A stretch of 64,000 nt of DNA from Desulfosoma sp. (GTDB lineage Bacteria; Desulfobacterota; Syntrophobacteria; Syntrophobacterales; DSM-9756). How positions within the stretch are numbered: position 1 is the first letter of the stretch; every line of letters begins with the position of its first letter. A program made the translations under genes and the position numbers. Positions 1-12,800 of this stretch are shown piece after piece. The notes beneath the pieces are model-generated. The model was not told where the DNA came from, searched no databases, and saw nothing but the letters and a program-made list of their open reading frames with translations. The stretch covers positions 128,001-192,000 of the forward strand of contig JBBFKW010000005.1 of NCBI GenBank assembly GCA_037481835.1. The letters run 5' to 3'.

Positions 1-1640
<1,640 letters not shown>

Positions 1641-1712
1641 TCAAAAAGTTAAATAATACCCGAGCACCTTTCAAAAACCGGGGAAAGCGTCCCACCGAAT
1701 TTCGGGGCCCCG

Positions 1713-2825
1713 TTAGACCATCATGGGCATGATTAAAGCCAAAACGCTTGGATCCTCCGGGTCCCGGAACACTCCCCCACGGTAGCCATCCACCCATTCG
1801 AAGCGAACGGTTCGCCCGGAAAAGTTTTGGACCACATCCATGACATAGCGGATATTGAACGCAACGGCAAAGTTTTCCCCTTTATAGTCCACCGGGATTT
1901 CTTCGTACGCGGTACCGAGTTCCGCGCTTCCTGCTTCGAGCCCCAAAAGGTTTTCGGAAATCAAAAACCGCACGTGGATCGCCGAGGCATCGGTGACCAC
2001 CGCCATGCGTCGCAGCGCGGCGTAGAATTCCACACGGGGAATTTCGATCCATCCCGAGACGGCCTCAGGAAGGATCAGTTCGTACTGGGGGAAGGCTTCT
2101 TCAAGAAGGTGCACGCTGAGGTAGGTGTCCGGTGTGTGGAGGATGAGGCGGTTTTCGTGCAGGGCCCCGGCGGCCGTCTCCGCCTTTTCCAAAAGCCGGA
2201 TGATTTCCTGGACGCCCTTGCGCGGGACGACGACGCCCCGTTCGCGGCCGAAAAAGTCTTCCGAAGGAAAGGGGATTTCCTTCAGTGCCAGGCGATGCCC
2301 ATCGGAACTCACAAAACGCACCCGATCGGATGCCGTGCAATGCCAAAACATGCCGGGAATGCTCAGAGCGTCTTCCTCCTGGGGAACGGCGTACACGGTG
2401 CTTTCCAAGGCTTGACGCACTGTGGCCGTGTCCAAAACATAGGTTTGGGCCGGGTTGATGGTTTCAAAGTAGGGGAAATCCGCAGCGGGAATGGTCGCTA
2501 AAACGTAGTTGACCATGCCGGCGGTGATGCTCAAGCGACTGCTCTCCAAGAGGTCGCACTGGAGCCGGTCCTGCTTCAGTTCCTTGACTCCTTCCAGGAA
2601 TTTCCGGGCCGGGACGGTCGTTTGCCCGGGGATTTCCACCTGGGCATCGATGCTCGTGCGCAAACTGATGTCGAGATCCGTCGCCGACAATCTCAGGCGG
2701 TTGTCCGCCGTCGCCTCCAGCAGCACGTGGGAAAGGACCAGCATGGTCGTTTTCTTCTGTTCGGTCACCCCGACGACTTTCTGCAGGGCACCAACCAGGG
2801 CATCCCGGCTCACGGACCATTTCAT
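1713..2825 (-). CDS. dnaN: DNA polymerase III beta clamp
   Basis: 370 aa; LSATDLDISL, VSSDGHRLA, AFNIRY, C-terminal ALIMPM; adjacent to gyrB. Confidence 0.95.
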   Translation of the reverse strand: MKWSVSRDALVGALQKVVGVTEQKKTTMLVLSHVLLEATADNRLRLSATDLDISLRTSIDAQVEIPGQTTVPARKFLEGVKELKQDRLQCDLLESSRLSITAGMVNYVLATIPAADFPYFETINPAQTYVLDTATVRQALESTVYAVPQEEDALSIPGMFWHCTASDRVRFVSSDGHRLALKEIPFPSEDFFGRERGVVVPRKGVQEIIRLLEKAETAAGALHENRLILHTPDTYLSVHLLEEAFPQYELILPEAVSGWIEIPRVEFYAALRRMAVVTDASAIHVRFLISENLLGLEAGSAELGTAYEEIPVDYKGENFAVAFNIRYVMDVVQNFSGRTVRFEWVDGYRGGVFRDPEDPSVLALIMPMMV

Positions 2826-3150
2826 GGGGCGGATTCCTCGACGGTATGCGGTTTCTTATTCTTTTTGTCTTTCCTTCTTGAAAAGGCGTAGCAACCATAA
2901 TCAAAGCCTGTTCAATTGTCAAAACGAGACCCAAGCCGCGGCTTTGCCAAAAGAAACATTGCACATGGAATGCGTGCCGATTTTCCCCGGATCACGATGC
3001 CGCCCCCGGGTGTTTCCCAAGCCTTGAACGTTTTTGAACAGGCGGCGAACAAAGCCCCGGGCGTTTTGAACCTCCTGTGATCCCCTTGCCGACCATCCCA
3101 TCCGGAAGCCAACTCACCTGAAGCCTTGAGATTCTTTTGACCTTTTCTGC

Positions 3151-3179
3151 TTGACAACCCTCCAAAGCTTCAGTACGGT
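3151..3179 (+). promoter_or_regulatory. Putative sigma70 promoter of fhs-folD
   Basis: TTGACA-17 bp-TACGGT. Confidence 0.5.
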
Positions 3180-3393
3180 GTCAAATGTGAAAAATAGTTC
3201 TTATGGAAAAAACCATTCCCCATTGTCGCTCTCTTCACCGCATTGCTCGGATAGGCCGATTGCCGGAGTCGTGTCAACAGGGATGTTTCCTGTATGGCCC
3301 GAAGTGAAAGGGGGGAGACCTCGAGGCCCGAGGAGCCTGCAAGGACGAACCCGTGAGCCCAATCCATAACGTTCACCTTTGAGGAGGAGAGGT

Positions 3394-5157
3394 ATGCCGT
3401 ACGATCCGACCAAAATGGCAGATTGGCAGATTTCCGAAGAGGCCGAAAAGAACATGCCGACCCCGGACCAATGGCGGGAAAAACTCGGACTGCAAAAGGA
3501 CGAGGTCATCCCCATCGGCCGTCTGTGCCGCCTCAATTTCATGAAGATCATCGAGCGGCTCAAGGACAAACCCGACGGCAAGTACATCGAAGTCACCGCC
3601 ATCACCCCGACGCCCCTCGGCGAAGGCAAAAGCACCACCTCTTTGGGGCTTATCGAAGGCCTGGGCAAGCGCGGCAAGAACGTCGGCGGCTGCTTGCGGC
3701 AACCTTCCGGCGGACCCACCATGAACATCAAGGGGACCGCGGCCGGCGGCGGCAACGCGCTCCTCATTCCCATGACGGAATTTTCCATGGGTCTTACGGG
3801 CGACATCAACAACATCATGAACGCCCATAACCTGGCCATGGTGGCCTTGACGGCCCGGATGCAACATGAGCGGAACTACACCGACGAGCAGCTGCAGCGG
3901 CTCACCCGCATGCGCCGCTTGGACATCGACCCGACCCGCGTGGAAATGGGCTGGGTCATCGACTTTTGCGCCCAGGCGCTTCGAAACATCGTCATCGGCT
4001 TGGGCGGCCGCTTCGACGGCTACACCATGCAGTCCAAGTTCGGCATTGCCGTGAGCTCGGAAATTATGGCCATCTTGTCCATCGTGACGGACCTGGCGGA
4101 CCTTCGCGACAAGATGAGCAAGATCACGGTGGCCTTCGACAAGCGCGGCAACCCCGTGACCACGGGCGACCTGGAAGTGGCCGGCGCCATGACGGCCTTC
4201 ATGGTGGAATCCATCAACCCGACGCTGTGCAGCACGGCCGAATACCAGCCGTGTATGGTCCACGCCGGTCCCTTTGCCAACATCGCCGTGGGGCAGTCGT
4301 CCATCATCGGCGATCGGGTGGGCCTGAAGCTGTTCGACTACCACGTGACGGAAAGCGGTTTCGCGGCGGACATCGGCTTCGAAAAATTCTGGAACGTCAA
4401 GTGTCGGTTCAGCGGTCTCAAACCCCACGTTTCCGTGCTCACCACGACCATCCGCGCCCTCAAGATGCACGGCGGCGGTCCCAAGGTTGTGGCGGGGCTC
4501 CCGCTGCCTGAAGAATACACCAAGGAAAACGTGGCCCTGGTGGAAAAGGGTGTGGCCAACATGGTCCACCACATCAACACGATCCGCAAGTCCGGCATGA
4601 ACCCCGTTGTGTGCATCAACGCGTTCCATACGGACACCAAGGATGAAATCGCCGTGGTGCGCAAAGCGGCCGAAGCGGCCGGCGCGCGATGCGCCCTGTC
4701 CGAACATTGGCTCAAGGGCGGCGAAGGCGCTTTGGAACTGGCTGATGCGGTCATCGAAGCGTGCGAACAGCCCAGCGAATTCAAGTTCCTGTACCCGTTG
4801 GAAATGAAGCTGCGGGACCGCGTGGAACTCATCGCCAAGGAAGTCTACGGCGCCGACGGCGTGGCGTGGCAGCCGGAAGCGGAAGCCAAGGCCAAGATGT
4901 TGGAATCCGACCCGAAGTATGCCGACTTCGCCACCATGATGGTCAAGACCCACCTGAGCCTCACCCACGACCCGAGCCTCAAGGGTGTGCCCAAGGGCTG
5001 GATCCTGCCGATCCGCGACGTTTTGATCTACTCGGGCGCCAAGTTCCTGTGTCCGTGCGCCGGTACCATCAGTTTGATGCCCGGTACGTCGTCGGATCCC
5101 GCCTTCCGCCGGATTGACGTGGATGTCAAGACGGGCAAGGTCATGGGCCTGTTCTAA
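3394..5157 (+). CDS. fhs: Formate--tetrahydrofolate ligase
   Basis: [42 protein letters not shown]-rich RBS before ATG 3394. Confidence 0.97.
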   Translation: MPYDPTKMADWQISEEAEKNMPTPDQWREKLGLQKDEVIPIGRLCRLNFMKIIERLKDKPDGKYIEVTAITPTPLGEGKSTTSLGLIEGLGKRGKNVGGCLRQPSGGPTMNIKGTAAGGGNALLIPMTEFSMGLTGDINNIMNAHNLAMVALTARMQHERNYTDEQLQRLTRMRRLDIDPTRVEMGWVIDFCAQALRNIVIGLGGRFDGYTMQSKFGIAVSSEIMAILSIVTDLADLRDKMSKITVAFDKRGNPVTTGDLEVAGAMTAFMVESINPTLCSTAEYQPCMVHAGPFANIAVGQSSIIGDRVGLKLFDYHVTESGFAADIGFEKFWNVKCRFSGLKPHVSVLTTTIRALKMHGGGPKVVAGLPLPEEYTKENVALVEKGVANMVHHINTIRKSGMNPVVCINAFHTDTKDEIAVVRKAAEAAGARCALSEHWLKGGEGALELADAVIEACEQPSEFKFLYPLEMKLRDRVELIAKEVYGADGVAWQPEAEAKAKMLESDPKYADFATMMVKTHLSLTHDPSLKGVPKGWILPIRDVLIYSGAKFLCPCAGTISLMPGTSSDPAFRRIDVDVKTGKVMGLF

Positions 5158-5228
5158 TTGGAAGTTGAATCACGGCGGGGGGTGAAAACCCCCCGTTGTC
5201 CTTTTGGGAAGGATGAAAGGAGAGCCCC

Positions 5229-6119
5229 ATGTCGGCGAAACTCATCAAAGGAGCGGAAGTCGCCAAGCAGATCCGTGAAGAGCTGGCCGAGGAGGTCAAA
5301 CGAATCAAAGAGAAATACGGGGTGGAACCGGGCTTGGTGACCATCCTCGTGGGCGAAAACCCCGCGTCCCAAAGCTACGTGCGGGCCAAGCAAAAAGCGG
5401 CCCACGAACTGGGTTTCTACTCCGTCCAGGACAACCAGCCGGCGGACATCTCGGAAGATGCCCTCCTGGCTCTCATCGATAAGTACAACAAAGACCCGAA
5501 AATCGACGGCATCTTGGTGCAGCTGCCGTTGCCGAAGCACATCGACGAAAACAAGGTTCTCTACGCCATCGATCCGGGCAAAGACGTGGATGCGTTCCAT
5601 CCCTTCAATGTGGGCAAACTGATGATCGGTCAACCGGATTATCTGCCCTGTACGCCTGCGGGCATTCAAGAGCTGCTCATCCGTTCGGGCACGGAAACGT
5701 CCGGCGCGGAAGTCGTCGTGATCGGCCGTTCCAACATCGTGGGCAAGCCCATCGCCGTCATGATGATGCAGAAAGGCAAAGGAGCCAACGCCACGGTGAC
5801 GGTCTGCCATACGCGAACCAAGGACGTTCAATTCCACACCAAACGGGCCGACATTCTCATCGTGGCGGCCGGCGTCACGGAATACGTCAAGGGCGATTGG
5901 ATCAAGCCCGGAGCGGTGGTCATCGACGTGGGCGTGAACGAAGTGGGCCAGACGGCCGACGGCAAGAGGATCCTCAAAGGAGATGTGGCTTTCGACGAAG
6001 CCAAGGAAGTGGCGAGCGCCATCACGCCCGTTCCCGGCGGCGTCGGCCCCATGACCATCACCATGCTCATGAAGAACACGGTCCGCGCGTGCAAGGTCCA
6101 CCACAACATCAAGGACTGA
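5229..6119 (+). CDS. folD: Methylene-THF dehydrogenase/cyclohydrolase
   Basis: YVRAK, GILVQLPLP, KDVD, PCTPAG, ITPVPGGVGPMT. Confidence 0.97.
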   Translation: MSAKLIKGAEVAKQIREELAEEVKRIKEKYGVEPGLVTILVGENPASQSYVRAKQKAAHELGFYSVQDNQPADISEDALLALIDKYNKDPKIDGILVQLPLPKHIDENKVLYAIDPGKDVDAFHPFNVGKLMIGQPDYLPCTPAGIQELLIRSGTETSGAEVVVIGRSNIVGKPIAVMMMQKGKGANATVTVCHTRTKDVQFHTKRADILIVAAGVTEYVKGDWIKPGAVVIDVGVNEVGQTADGKRILKGDVAFDEAKEVASAITPVPGGVGPMTITMLMKNTVRACKVHHNIKD

Positions 6120-6137
6120 TATCGATCTGCGCCTCTG

Positions 6138-6173
6138 CCCTTCACCCTGCCCTCTCCCCTTTGGGGGAGAGGG
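6138..6173. repeat. BoxC/REP-like pyrimidine-purine palindrome
   Basis: CCCTTCACCCTG followed by hairpin CCCTCTCCCC-TTTG-GGGGAGAGGG just after the folD stop. Confidence 0.4.
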
Positions 6174-6300
6174 ACGATCGGGCCGGGCTTCCCGCACCAG
6201 CCGCCTTCACAGCCGAAAGTTCTTCCCGACGAAGAAAAAGGATCATCCTTGGTGCGAAGGAATGGCGGAAAAAGGCCGTTTCACGCTGAGGGCGGCGCAT

Positions 6301-6347
6301 AAAATAAAAAGCGGCCCACGGAAGGGATTCCTTTCGTGGGCCGCTTT
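6301..6347 (-). terminator. Intrinsic terminator of the hdr-mvhD operon (possibly bidirectional)
   Basis: AAAGCGGCCCACG...CGTGGGCCGCTTT stem with a U-rich tail on the minus strand, between convergent genes. Confidence 0.8.
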
Positions 6348-6368
6348 CCTTTATGCCGAAAGTCTTGG

Positions 6369-6779
6369 CTAATCCTTGAGCGGGCTAGGGCCCAAAGCGC
6401 GGACCTTTTCCACCATGGCTTTGGCCGCATCCACGAATTCCTGCCCTTTTCCGGCCATCATGTGGAAAAGGGCGACCCGGTCGGCTTCCACACCCAGGGA
6501 GGGAAGGAGTCCCTGGACGTATTTCACCTTCTTTTGAGCCTTTTCGACGCCGTGCTTGAACTGGCAGCTGTCCGGCTGGCAGCCCGCCACGTAGACCCCG
6601 TCGGCCCCCGCTTCCAAAGCCTTCAACAGATGGAGGCTGTCCAGACGGCCCGTGCACGGCAATTGGATCACTTTCACGTTTTCGGGAAGGCTCAAACCCA
6701 TCTTCTCTGAAATCTGGGCGGCCGAAGAAGCGCAATTGGCGCAGCAGTAAGCAATGATTTGCGGTTCAAAGGTGCTCAT
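6369..6779 (-). CDS. mvhD: MvhD-type [2Fe-2S] subunit (Cys form)
   Basis: FEPQIIAYCCANC, LPCTGR, GADGVYVAGC..DSCQF, LGPSP. Confidence 0.92.
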   Translation of the reverse strand: MSTFEPQIIAYCCANCASSAAQISEKMGLSLPENVKVIQLPCTGRLDSLHLLKALEAGADGVYVAGCQPDSCQFKHGVEKAQKKVKYVQGLLPSLGVEADRVALFHMMAGKGQEFVDAAKAMVEKVRALGPSPLKD

Positions 6780-6823
6780 AGGACCACTCCTTGTCTCTTG
6801 TCTCAAGAAGCCGCGGCTTCCCC

Positions 6824-9589
6824 TCAGTTCACGGCGGATCCCAGAAGGCTGCGGGCCACAACGGCGATGTGCTCATCGCTCAGCCGTCGATAGGAAATGG
6901 CCTTCCCAGGACATTCGCTGACGCACATGCCGCATCCTTGGCACAGACCGGGGTCGATGAACGCATGCCCTTGAGGGCTGTCGATGAACGGGATGTGGAA
7001 CGGGCAGGTGCGCACGCAGGTGAGGCATACCGCGCATTTGTCGGGATCCACTTCGGCCACGGCCCCGCCGACAAGCATGACGTCTTGGCGCAGAAGCCGC
7101 ATGGCTCGTCCCGCCACGGCCCAACCTTCAGCGAGGCTTTCTTCCACCGCTTTGGGCGCCAGGGCCAAGCCGGCGAAAAAGACACCTTCCGTCTCTCCGT
7201 CCACCGGCCGCATTTTTGCCGGCGATTCGGCGAAGAACCCGTCTTCGTTCAGGGAAACCTTGTAATAGGCGGCCAAGTCGGCGGCTTCGGCAGGGACGAT
7301 GGCCGTCTGCAAAGAAATGAAATCCGGCGACAAAACGAGGGGCCGGCCGAGAATGGGATCCGTCACCAGCACCTTCAATCGACCGCCTTCAACGCTCACC
7401 TGGGGTTTGGAATCTAAGTCGTAGCGGATGAAAAACACGCCCTTTTCCCGGGCTTCTTTGTAAATCCGCTCCCTTTCGCCGAAAGTGCGCACTTCCCGGT
7501 AGAGCACATAGACGTCCATATCCGGATTCAACGTCTTGAGATCGATGGCCGATCGGACCGCGAAGGTGCAGCACAGTCGGCTGCAGTAAGGCCTTTGAGG
7601 TTCCCGGCTGCCTACGCATTGGATGAACACGGCGCATTGGGCCGATTTGAAAGCTCCGGGATCGTCGATGAGCTTCTTCGTGAAATCCGACCAACGATAG
7701 ATTTCGGGGTGGGTGCCGTAAGCATATTCGTTGGGCTTGATGGAATGAGCCCCCGTGGCCAGGACGACGACCCCGTGTTCCACCTCTTTTTTCTGGCCGC
7801 CCTGGAGGACGGTGCTGATGTAATTTCCGGCGAATCCTCGGGCCCCCACGACTTCAGCCGATGTGAGAACGGAAATTTTCGGGTTCTGCGAAACCTTGTC
7901 GATCATGGCCTTGAGAAGGTCCTGGACGGACTCCCCTTTCCATGCCGACCGGACCTTATGGGCATGGCCCCCCAGCCGGTCTTTCTTTTCCACCAAGGTC
8001 ACCGGCACGCCCATGTCGGCAAAGGCGAGCGCCGCCTGCATTCCCGCCAAGCCGCCGCCCACAACCAGGGCGGATTTCTTGACCGGCACCTTGGCGTAAT
8101 TGAGCGGTTCCAGCATGCGGGCCTTGAGGACGGCCGTGCGGAAAAGGTTTTGGAGCCGCCCCATTTCCACGGGGGTGCTTCCCAAGGCGCGCAAATCCAC
8201 AAACTCGTAAAGGCTGGGGTTCAACCCCGCATCCTTCATGGCGCCTTCCACCAGTTCCTGGTGCATGATGGGCGTGCAGCTTGCATACACCAACCGATTG
8301 ACGCCGGAAGCCTTCATGCGTTCCGAAAGCCGACCGAAAGCGGCGCCGTCCTGGAGGTCCAGGCGTTCCACGAAGGTCACGCCGGGAAGGGTCTTGACAA
8401 AGGCCTCCAAGGGTTCGAGCAGGGCTTCGAACTCAGGCAGCTTGGACGGACACAGGCTCAGCACGACTCCGACGGAAGGCGCTTCCCCGCTCACATCGCG
8501 AAGCTCGGGGACAGCCCCGTTGCCGGAAACCCCCTTCATGAGTGCGGCGGCCTTACCGGCGGCCGCCGCCGCTTCCACCACACTTTGATGGACGTCCCGA
8601 GGCCCCGTGGCGCCGCCGCACACGAAAACGCCGGGAACGTTGGTTTCGCAGGGCTTGAAGGTATCCACGGCCACGTAATGATCTTCCGAAAGGGTCACGC
8701 CCAGCATTTTGGCCAGGTCTTCCAATTCCGCCGACGGACGAAGCCCCACGGACAAAACCACCAAGTCGAAGGTTTCCGATTGCTTGACCCCGTTTTCGTC
8801 CACGTATTCCAGGACCAAGTCCTCGGTCCCGGCCGCCTTTTCAATGCTGTGGATCCGGCTTCGAACGAGTCGCACACCCTTTTGCTTGGCGTCTTCAAAG
8901 TAGCGTTCATAGCCCTTGCCGTGGGTGCGCATGTCCATGAAGAAAATGGTCGTTTCCGCCTCGGGAAGCGCCTCCTTCAGCTGGACGGCTTCCTTGAGGG
9001 CATACATGCAGCACACGGACGAGCAGTAGGGGGCGTCGCACTTGTTGATTTCTCGGGATCCCACGCACTGGAGCCACGCCACTTTCTTCGGCGGCTGGCC
9101 GTCGGACGGTCGCTTGGGGATGCCCTGGAACGGCCCGACAGGTTTTTGGAGCCATTCCAGTTCAATGCTGGAGATCACATTTTCATAGGCCGCATAAGCA
9201 TAGGTGTCATAGGCCTGCGGGTTGAACGGTTCCACGCCCAAGGCAAGAATCACCGCATCGGCCTCGACGGCACTTTCCCCGGCGGGTCCCGCAATGACGG
9301 CTTGGAAAGCCCCGGCTTGGCCTGAAATGCGAGCGACGCTCGATTGGGTCCACGCACGGATGTTGGGGTGCATTTTGCAGAGCGTCGCGCGGTTTGCGGC
9401 CTTGCAGCAGCTGCACAGAGGGTAGAGCCGGTGGAGTTTGGCCACCGTCCCGCCCAGGTCGCTTTCCTTTTCCACCAGGTCCACGTGGTAGCCTTGGGCC
9501 GCCAAGTCCAGGGCGGCATTCAGCCCGGCGACACCGCCTCCAACCACCAGGACATTGCCTTTGTTCTTCTTTTCTTTTGTCTCCGTCAT
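6824..9589 (-). CDS. hdrA: HdrA-like flavoprotein (two FAD modules, C-terminal 2x[4Fe-4S])
   Basis: Two GGGxAG motifs, two QCVGSR/CSxxCC motifs, C-terminal CAVCLTCVRTCP and CQGCGMCVSECP. Confidence 0.9.
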   Translation of the reverse strand: MTETKEKKNKGNVLVVGGGVAGLNAALDLAAQGYHVDLVEKESDLGGTVAKLHRLYPLCSCCKAANRATLCKMHPNIRAWTQSSVARISGQAGAFQAVIAGPAGESAVEADAVILALGVEPFNPQAYDTYAYAAYENVISSIELEWLQKPVGPFQGIPKRPSDGQPPKKVAWLQCVGSREINKCDAPYCSSVCCMYALKEAVQLKEALPEAETTIFFMDMRTHGKGYERYFEDAKQKGVRLVRSRIHSIEKAAGTEDLVLEYVDENGVKQSETFDLVVLSVGLRPSAELEDLAKMLGVTLSEDHYVAVDTFKPCETNVPGVFVCGGATGPRDVHQSVVEAAAAAGKAAALMKGVSGNGAVPELRDVSGEAPSVGVVLSLCPSKLPEFEALLEPLEAFVKTLPGVTFVERLDLQDGAAFGRLSERMKASGVNRLVYASCTPIMHQELVEGAMKDAGLNPSLYEFVDLRALGSTPVEMGRLQNLFRTAVLKARMLEPLNYAKVPVKKSALVVGGGLAGMQAALAFADMGVPVTLVEKKDRLGGHAHKVRSAWKGESVQDLLKAMIDKVSQNPKISVLTSAEVVGARGFAGNYISTVLQGGQKKEVEHGVVVLATGAHSIKPNEYAYGTHPEIYRWSDFTKKLIDDPGAFKSAQCAVFIQCVGSREPQRPYCSRLCCTFAVRSAIDLKTLNPDMDVYVLYREVRTFGERERIYKEAREKGVFFIRYDLDSKPQVSVEGGRLKVLVTDPILGRPLVLSPDFISLQTAIVPAEAADLAAYYKVSLNEDGFFAESPAKMRPVDGETEGVFFAGLALAPKAVEESLAEGWAVAGRAMRLLRQDVMLVGGAVAEVDPDKCAVCLTCVRTCPFHIPFIDSPQGHAFIDPGLCQGCGMCVSECPGKAISYRRLSDEHIAVVARSLLGSAVN

Positions 9590-9769
9590 AGGATCCCCTC
9601 AACTCTTTGATGGCTCAACGGACAAAAAAGCTCCCCCACCGTGTGGCGGCAAACCCTTGCGACGCCCGTCGCCGTGCAGCGACTTTTCGAGGAAAAAGGC
9701 TCTTGTTCCGGCCCGTTGTTGAAGGTTCGGTGCTCCCTACCGCGGGTAGATGATCCACAACACACGGTT

Positions 9770-9798
9770 CTTGTATGTGAAAAAAGAGGCAACGTCAA
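9770..9798 (-). promoter_or_regulatory. Putative internal sigma70 promoter upstream of hdrA
   Basis: Minus strand TTGACG-17 bp-TACAAG in the 212 bp hdrL-hdrA gap. Confidence 0.4.
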
Positions 9799-9801
9799 GT
9801 T

Positions 9802-12800
9802 TCATTGTTTTTGACCGGCCGCACGGGTTCGGTCGGCATCCGCCTCCCGGCACACGGCGGCGATGGCCTTGTGGAGCAGCTGCACATCCGTGAAATGCTG
9901 CAGCTGGATGGCTTTTCCCGGGCATTCGGCCACGCAGGCGCCGCAGCCTTGGCACTTGGCCGGATCGATGTATGCCGATCGGCGCACGGCCGTGGTGGGC
10001 GTGACCACCACGGGGACTTCGTAGGGGCAGGTCCGCACGCACGTCAGGCACACAGCGCATTTGGCCGGGTCCACCACGGCCACGCGCCCGCCCACATAGA
10101 GGTTCTCCTTGCTGAGGACCGTGGCGGCTCGAGCGGCGGCGCCTTTGGCCTGGGCGATGGATTCTTCCAAAAACTTGGGGCTGTGGGCCAACCCGCACAG
10201 GTAAAGACCCGGACTGGCAAAATCCAGCGGCCTCAGTTTCACATGGGCTTCCATAAAAAACCCGTCGGCGTCGGTGCTCAGTTTGAAGAGCCCCGCCAGT
10301 GCCGCATTGGTCGCCCGGGGCACGACGGCCGCGCTGAGCACCAAAAAGTCAGCCCGAAGGCGGATGGGCACACGGAGGTTCTGGTCGAAGAGCTGGATGC
10401 GGACGGCGGCGTCTTCGAAGAAAACCTCCGGTTTTTCTTCCGGACGATACCGGAAGAAGCGCACGCCCGCTTCCCGCGCCTTTCGATAGAGCAATTCCCG
10501 GGTCCCGAAGGTTCGAATGTCCCGGTAGAGTACCGTCACATGGGCTTCAGGGTGGATTTCCTTGATGCGCAGGGCGTTGGCCACCGCCGCCGTGCAGCAC
10601 ACCCGGCTGCAATAGGGCCGCTGTTCGTCGCGCGAGCCGACGCATTGGATCATGACCACATGGGATAGGCCCCGGATCCTGGACGGTTCTTCGGCCAGAA
10701 TTTTCTGCAGCTGCAATTGGGTCAGCACCCTCGGGTCGGACCCATAGCCGTATTCTCGGGGCTGGTATTCTTCCGCCCCCGTGGCCACGATCAAGGCGCC
10801 GTATTCCAAGGTCCTTTCCCCTTGGGGGGATTTGACGCGGCTGAGGAAATGGCCTGTGTGGCCTTCAAAGGAGAGGATCTCCGTTTGGGTGAGCACTTCG
10901 ATCTGCGGGTGGTTTCGCACGGTTTCGATGGCTCGCAAGACCTCTTGGGTCACATCGATCCCGCTGGGGTGAAACCGCATCCACGCCCGGGCCTGGCCCC
11001 CCAGGTCCGGCTCGCGTTCCACCAGATAGGTGAAAAATCCCTGATCCGCGAGGTGGCGCGCGGCGGTCATGCCGGCCATCCCGCCGCCGACCACCAGAGC
11101 CTTCTGGGTCACGGCCACGGGCATTTCGTGGAGCGGTTCCAAGAAGAGCGCCTTGGCGACGGCCATGCGCACCAAATCCTTGGCTTTTTCAGTGGCCTCT
11201 TCGGGGCTTGCCCCATGAACCCAGGAACACTGATCCCGAATGTTGGCCATTTCGAACAGGTATTTGTTGACGCCAGCCTCCCGTAAGCATTCCTGGAACA
11301 GGGGCTCATGGGTTCGTGGGGAACAGGAGGCGACGACCACGCGGTTAAGGTTCTTTTCCTGAATAATTTTCTTGATTTTTTCGGTGGAATCGGTGGAACA
11401 GGAAAACAGAAGATTTTCCGCGTGGACCACGTTGGGCAAGGTTGCGGCGTAGGCGGCCACCGCCTTTACGTCCACGACGCCGGCGATGTTGATGCCGCAG
11501 TGGCAGACAAAAACGCCGATGCGCGGAATATCCCCGGGAAGGGAGCGTTCCTGGATGAAAACCGGCGGCGTCGTGCAGGTATGGCGCGCCGCCGCCAACA
11601 GACACTGGGCCGAGGCGGCCGCGGCGCTGGCCTGGGCCACCGTTTCCGGAATGTCCTTGGGATCCGTGCTCACCCCGCAGGAAAACACTCCGGGCCGGCT
11701 GGTCTGCACAGGGTCCAGAGGGTCGGAGACGATGAAGCCGAACCGATCCAGATCGGTGCCGAGGCGCCGGGCTGTTTCCTTGGCGCCGTCCGAAGGGACG
11801 AGCCCCACGGAAAGAACCACCATGTCGAAAACGTCCCTCTGAAGGGTGTTGTTTTCGTCCACATAGGCAATTTCCAGATTATGGCCGTCCACGGTTTCGA
11901 CGATGCGGCTGATCTGGCACCGCACGTAACGTACCCCGTGTTGGGACTGAGCCCGATCCCAGTAGCGTTCGAAACCTTTCCCCATGGCTCGAAGGTCGAT
12001 GTAGAAAATGGTCGTCTCCACGTCGGGCTCATGATCTTTGGTGACGATGGCCTGCTTGGTGGCGTACATGCAGCAGACGCTGGAACAGTAATCCCGCCCG
12101 ATGGAGGCATCCCGCGACCCGACGCATTGAATCCACGCCATTTTCTTCGGCACGGCGCCGTCGCTGGGCCGTTTCACGTGGCCGCCCGTAGGGCCGGATG
12201 CGGCGAGAATCCTTTCATATTCCAAGCTCGTGATGACGTTGGGATAGCGGCCGTAGCCGTATTCGGCTTTCTGGGCGGCATCGAAGGGAGTGAAGCCGCA
12301 GGCGTAGAGGATGGCCCCCACTTCCACGGTTTCCTCCCGAGGCTGCATCGTGTGGTCGATGGCCTGGGGGAGACAGGCGTCCACGCACCGATAGCACTCA
12401 CTGCACACGCCGCATTGGAGGCACCGTTGAGCTTCGGATCGGGCCGTCTCTTCGTCGAAGCCCAATTGGACCTCCTCAAAAGATCGGATGCGCTCCGGCA
12501 TTTCCAATCGGGGCATGGGGGATCGAGGCGCTTTGGGGACCGGTTTGTCCGGGCAGGGCGCCGTGCGGGACGGAACAAACCGCCCTTCTCTGAGATCCAC
12601 CCCGCGAAGATAGCGGTCGATGGATTCGGCCACTTCTTTTCCGGCCGCGATGGCCTGAACGACGGTGGCCGGCCCGGACGTCACGTCGCCTCCCGCGAAA
12701 ACGCCCGGTCGGTTCGTTTCATAGGTCACGGGATCGACCACAAAGGTGCCCCAGCGGCTCACCATGGGACGGCTTTCCGGCTCCATGGCGTCGATGACGG

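Noticed and set aside
9586..9798. 70-aa ORF between hdrL and hdrA
   Set aside because: TTG start without RBS, overlaps a promoter-like sequence, no motif
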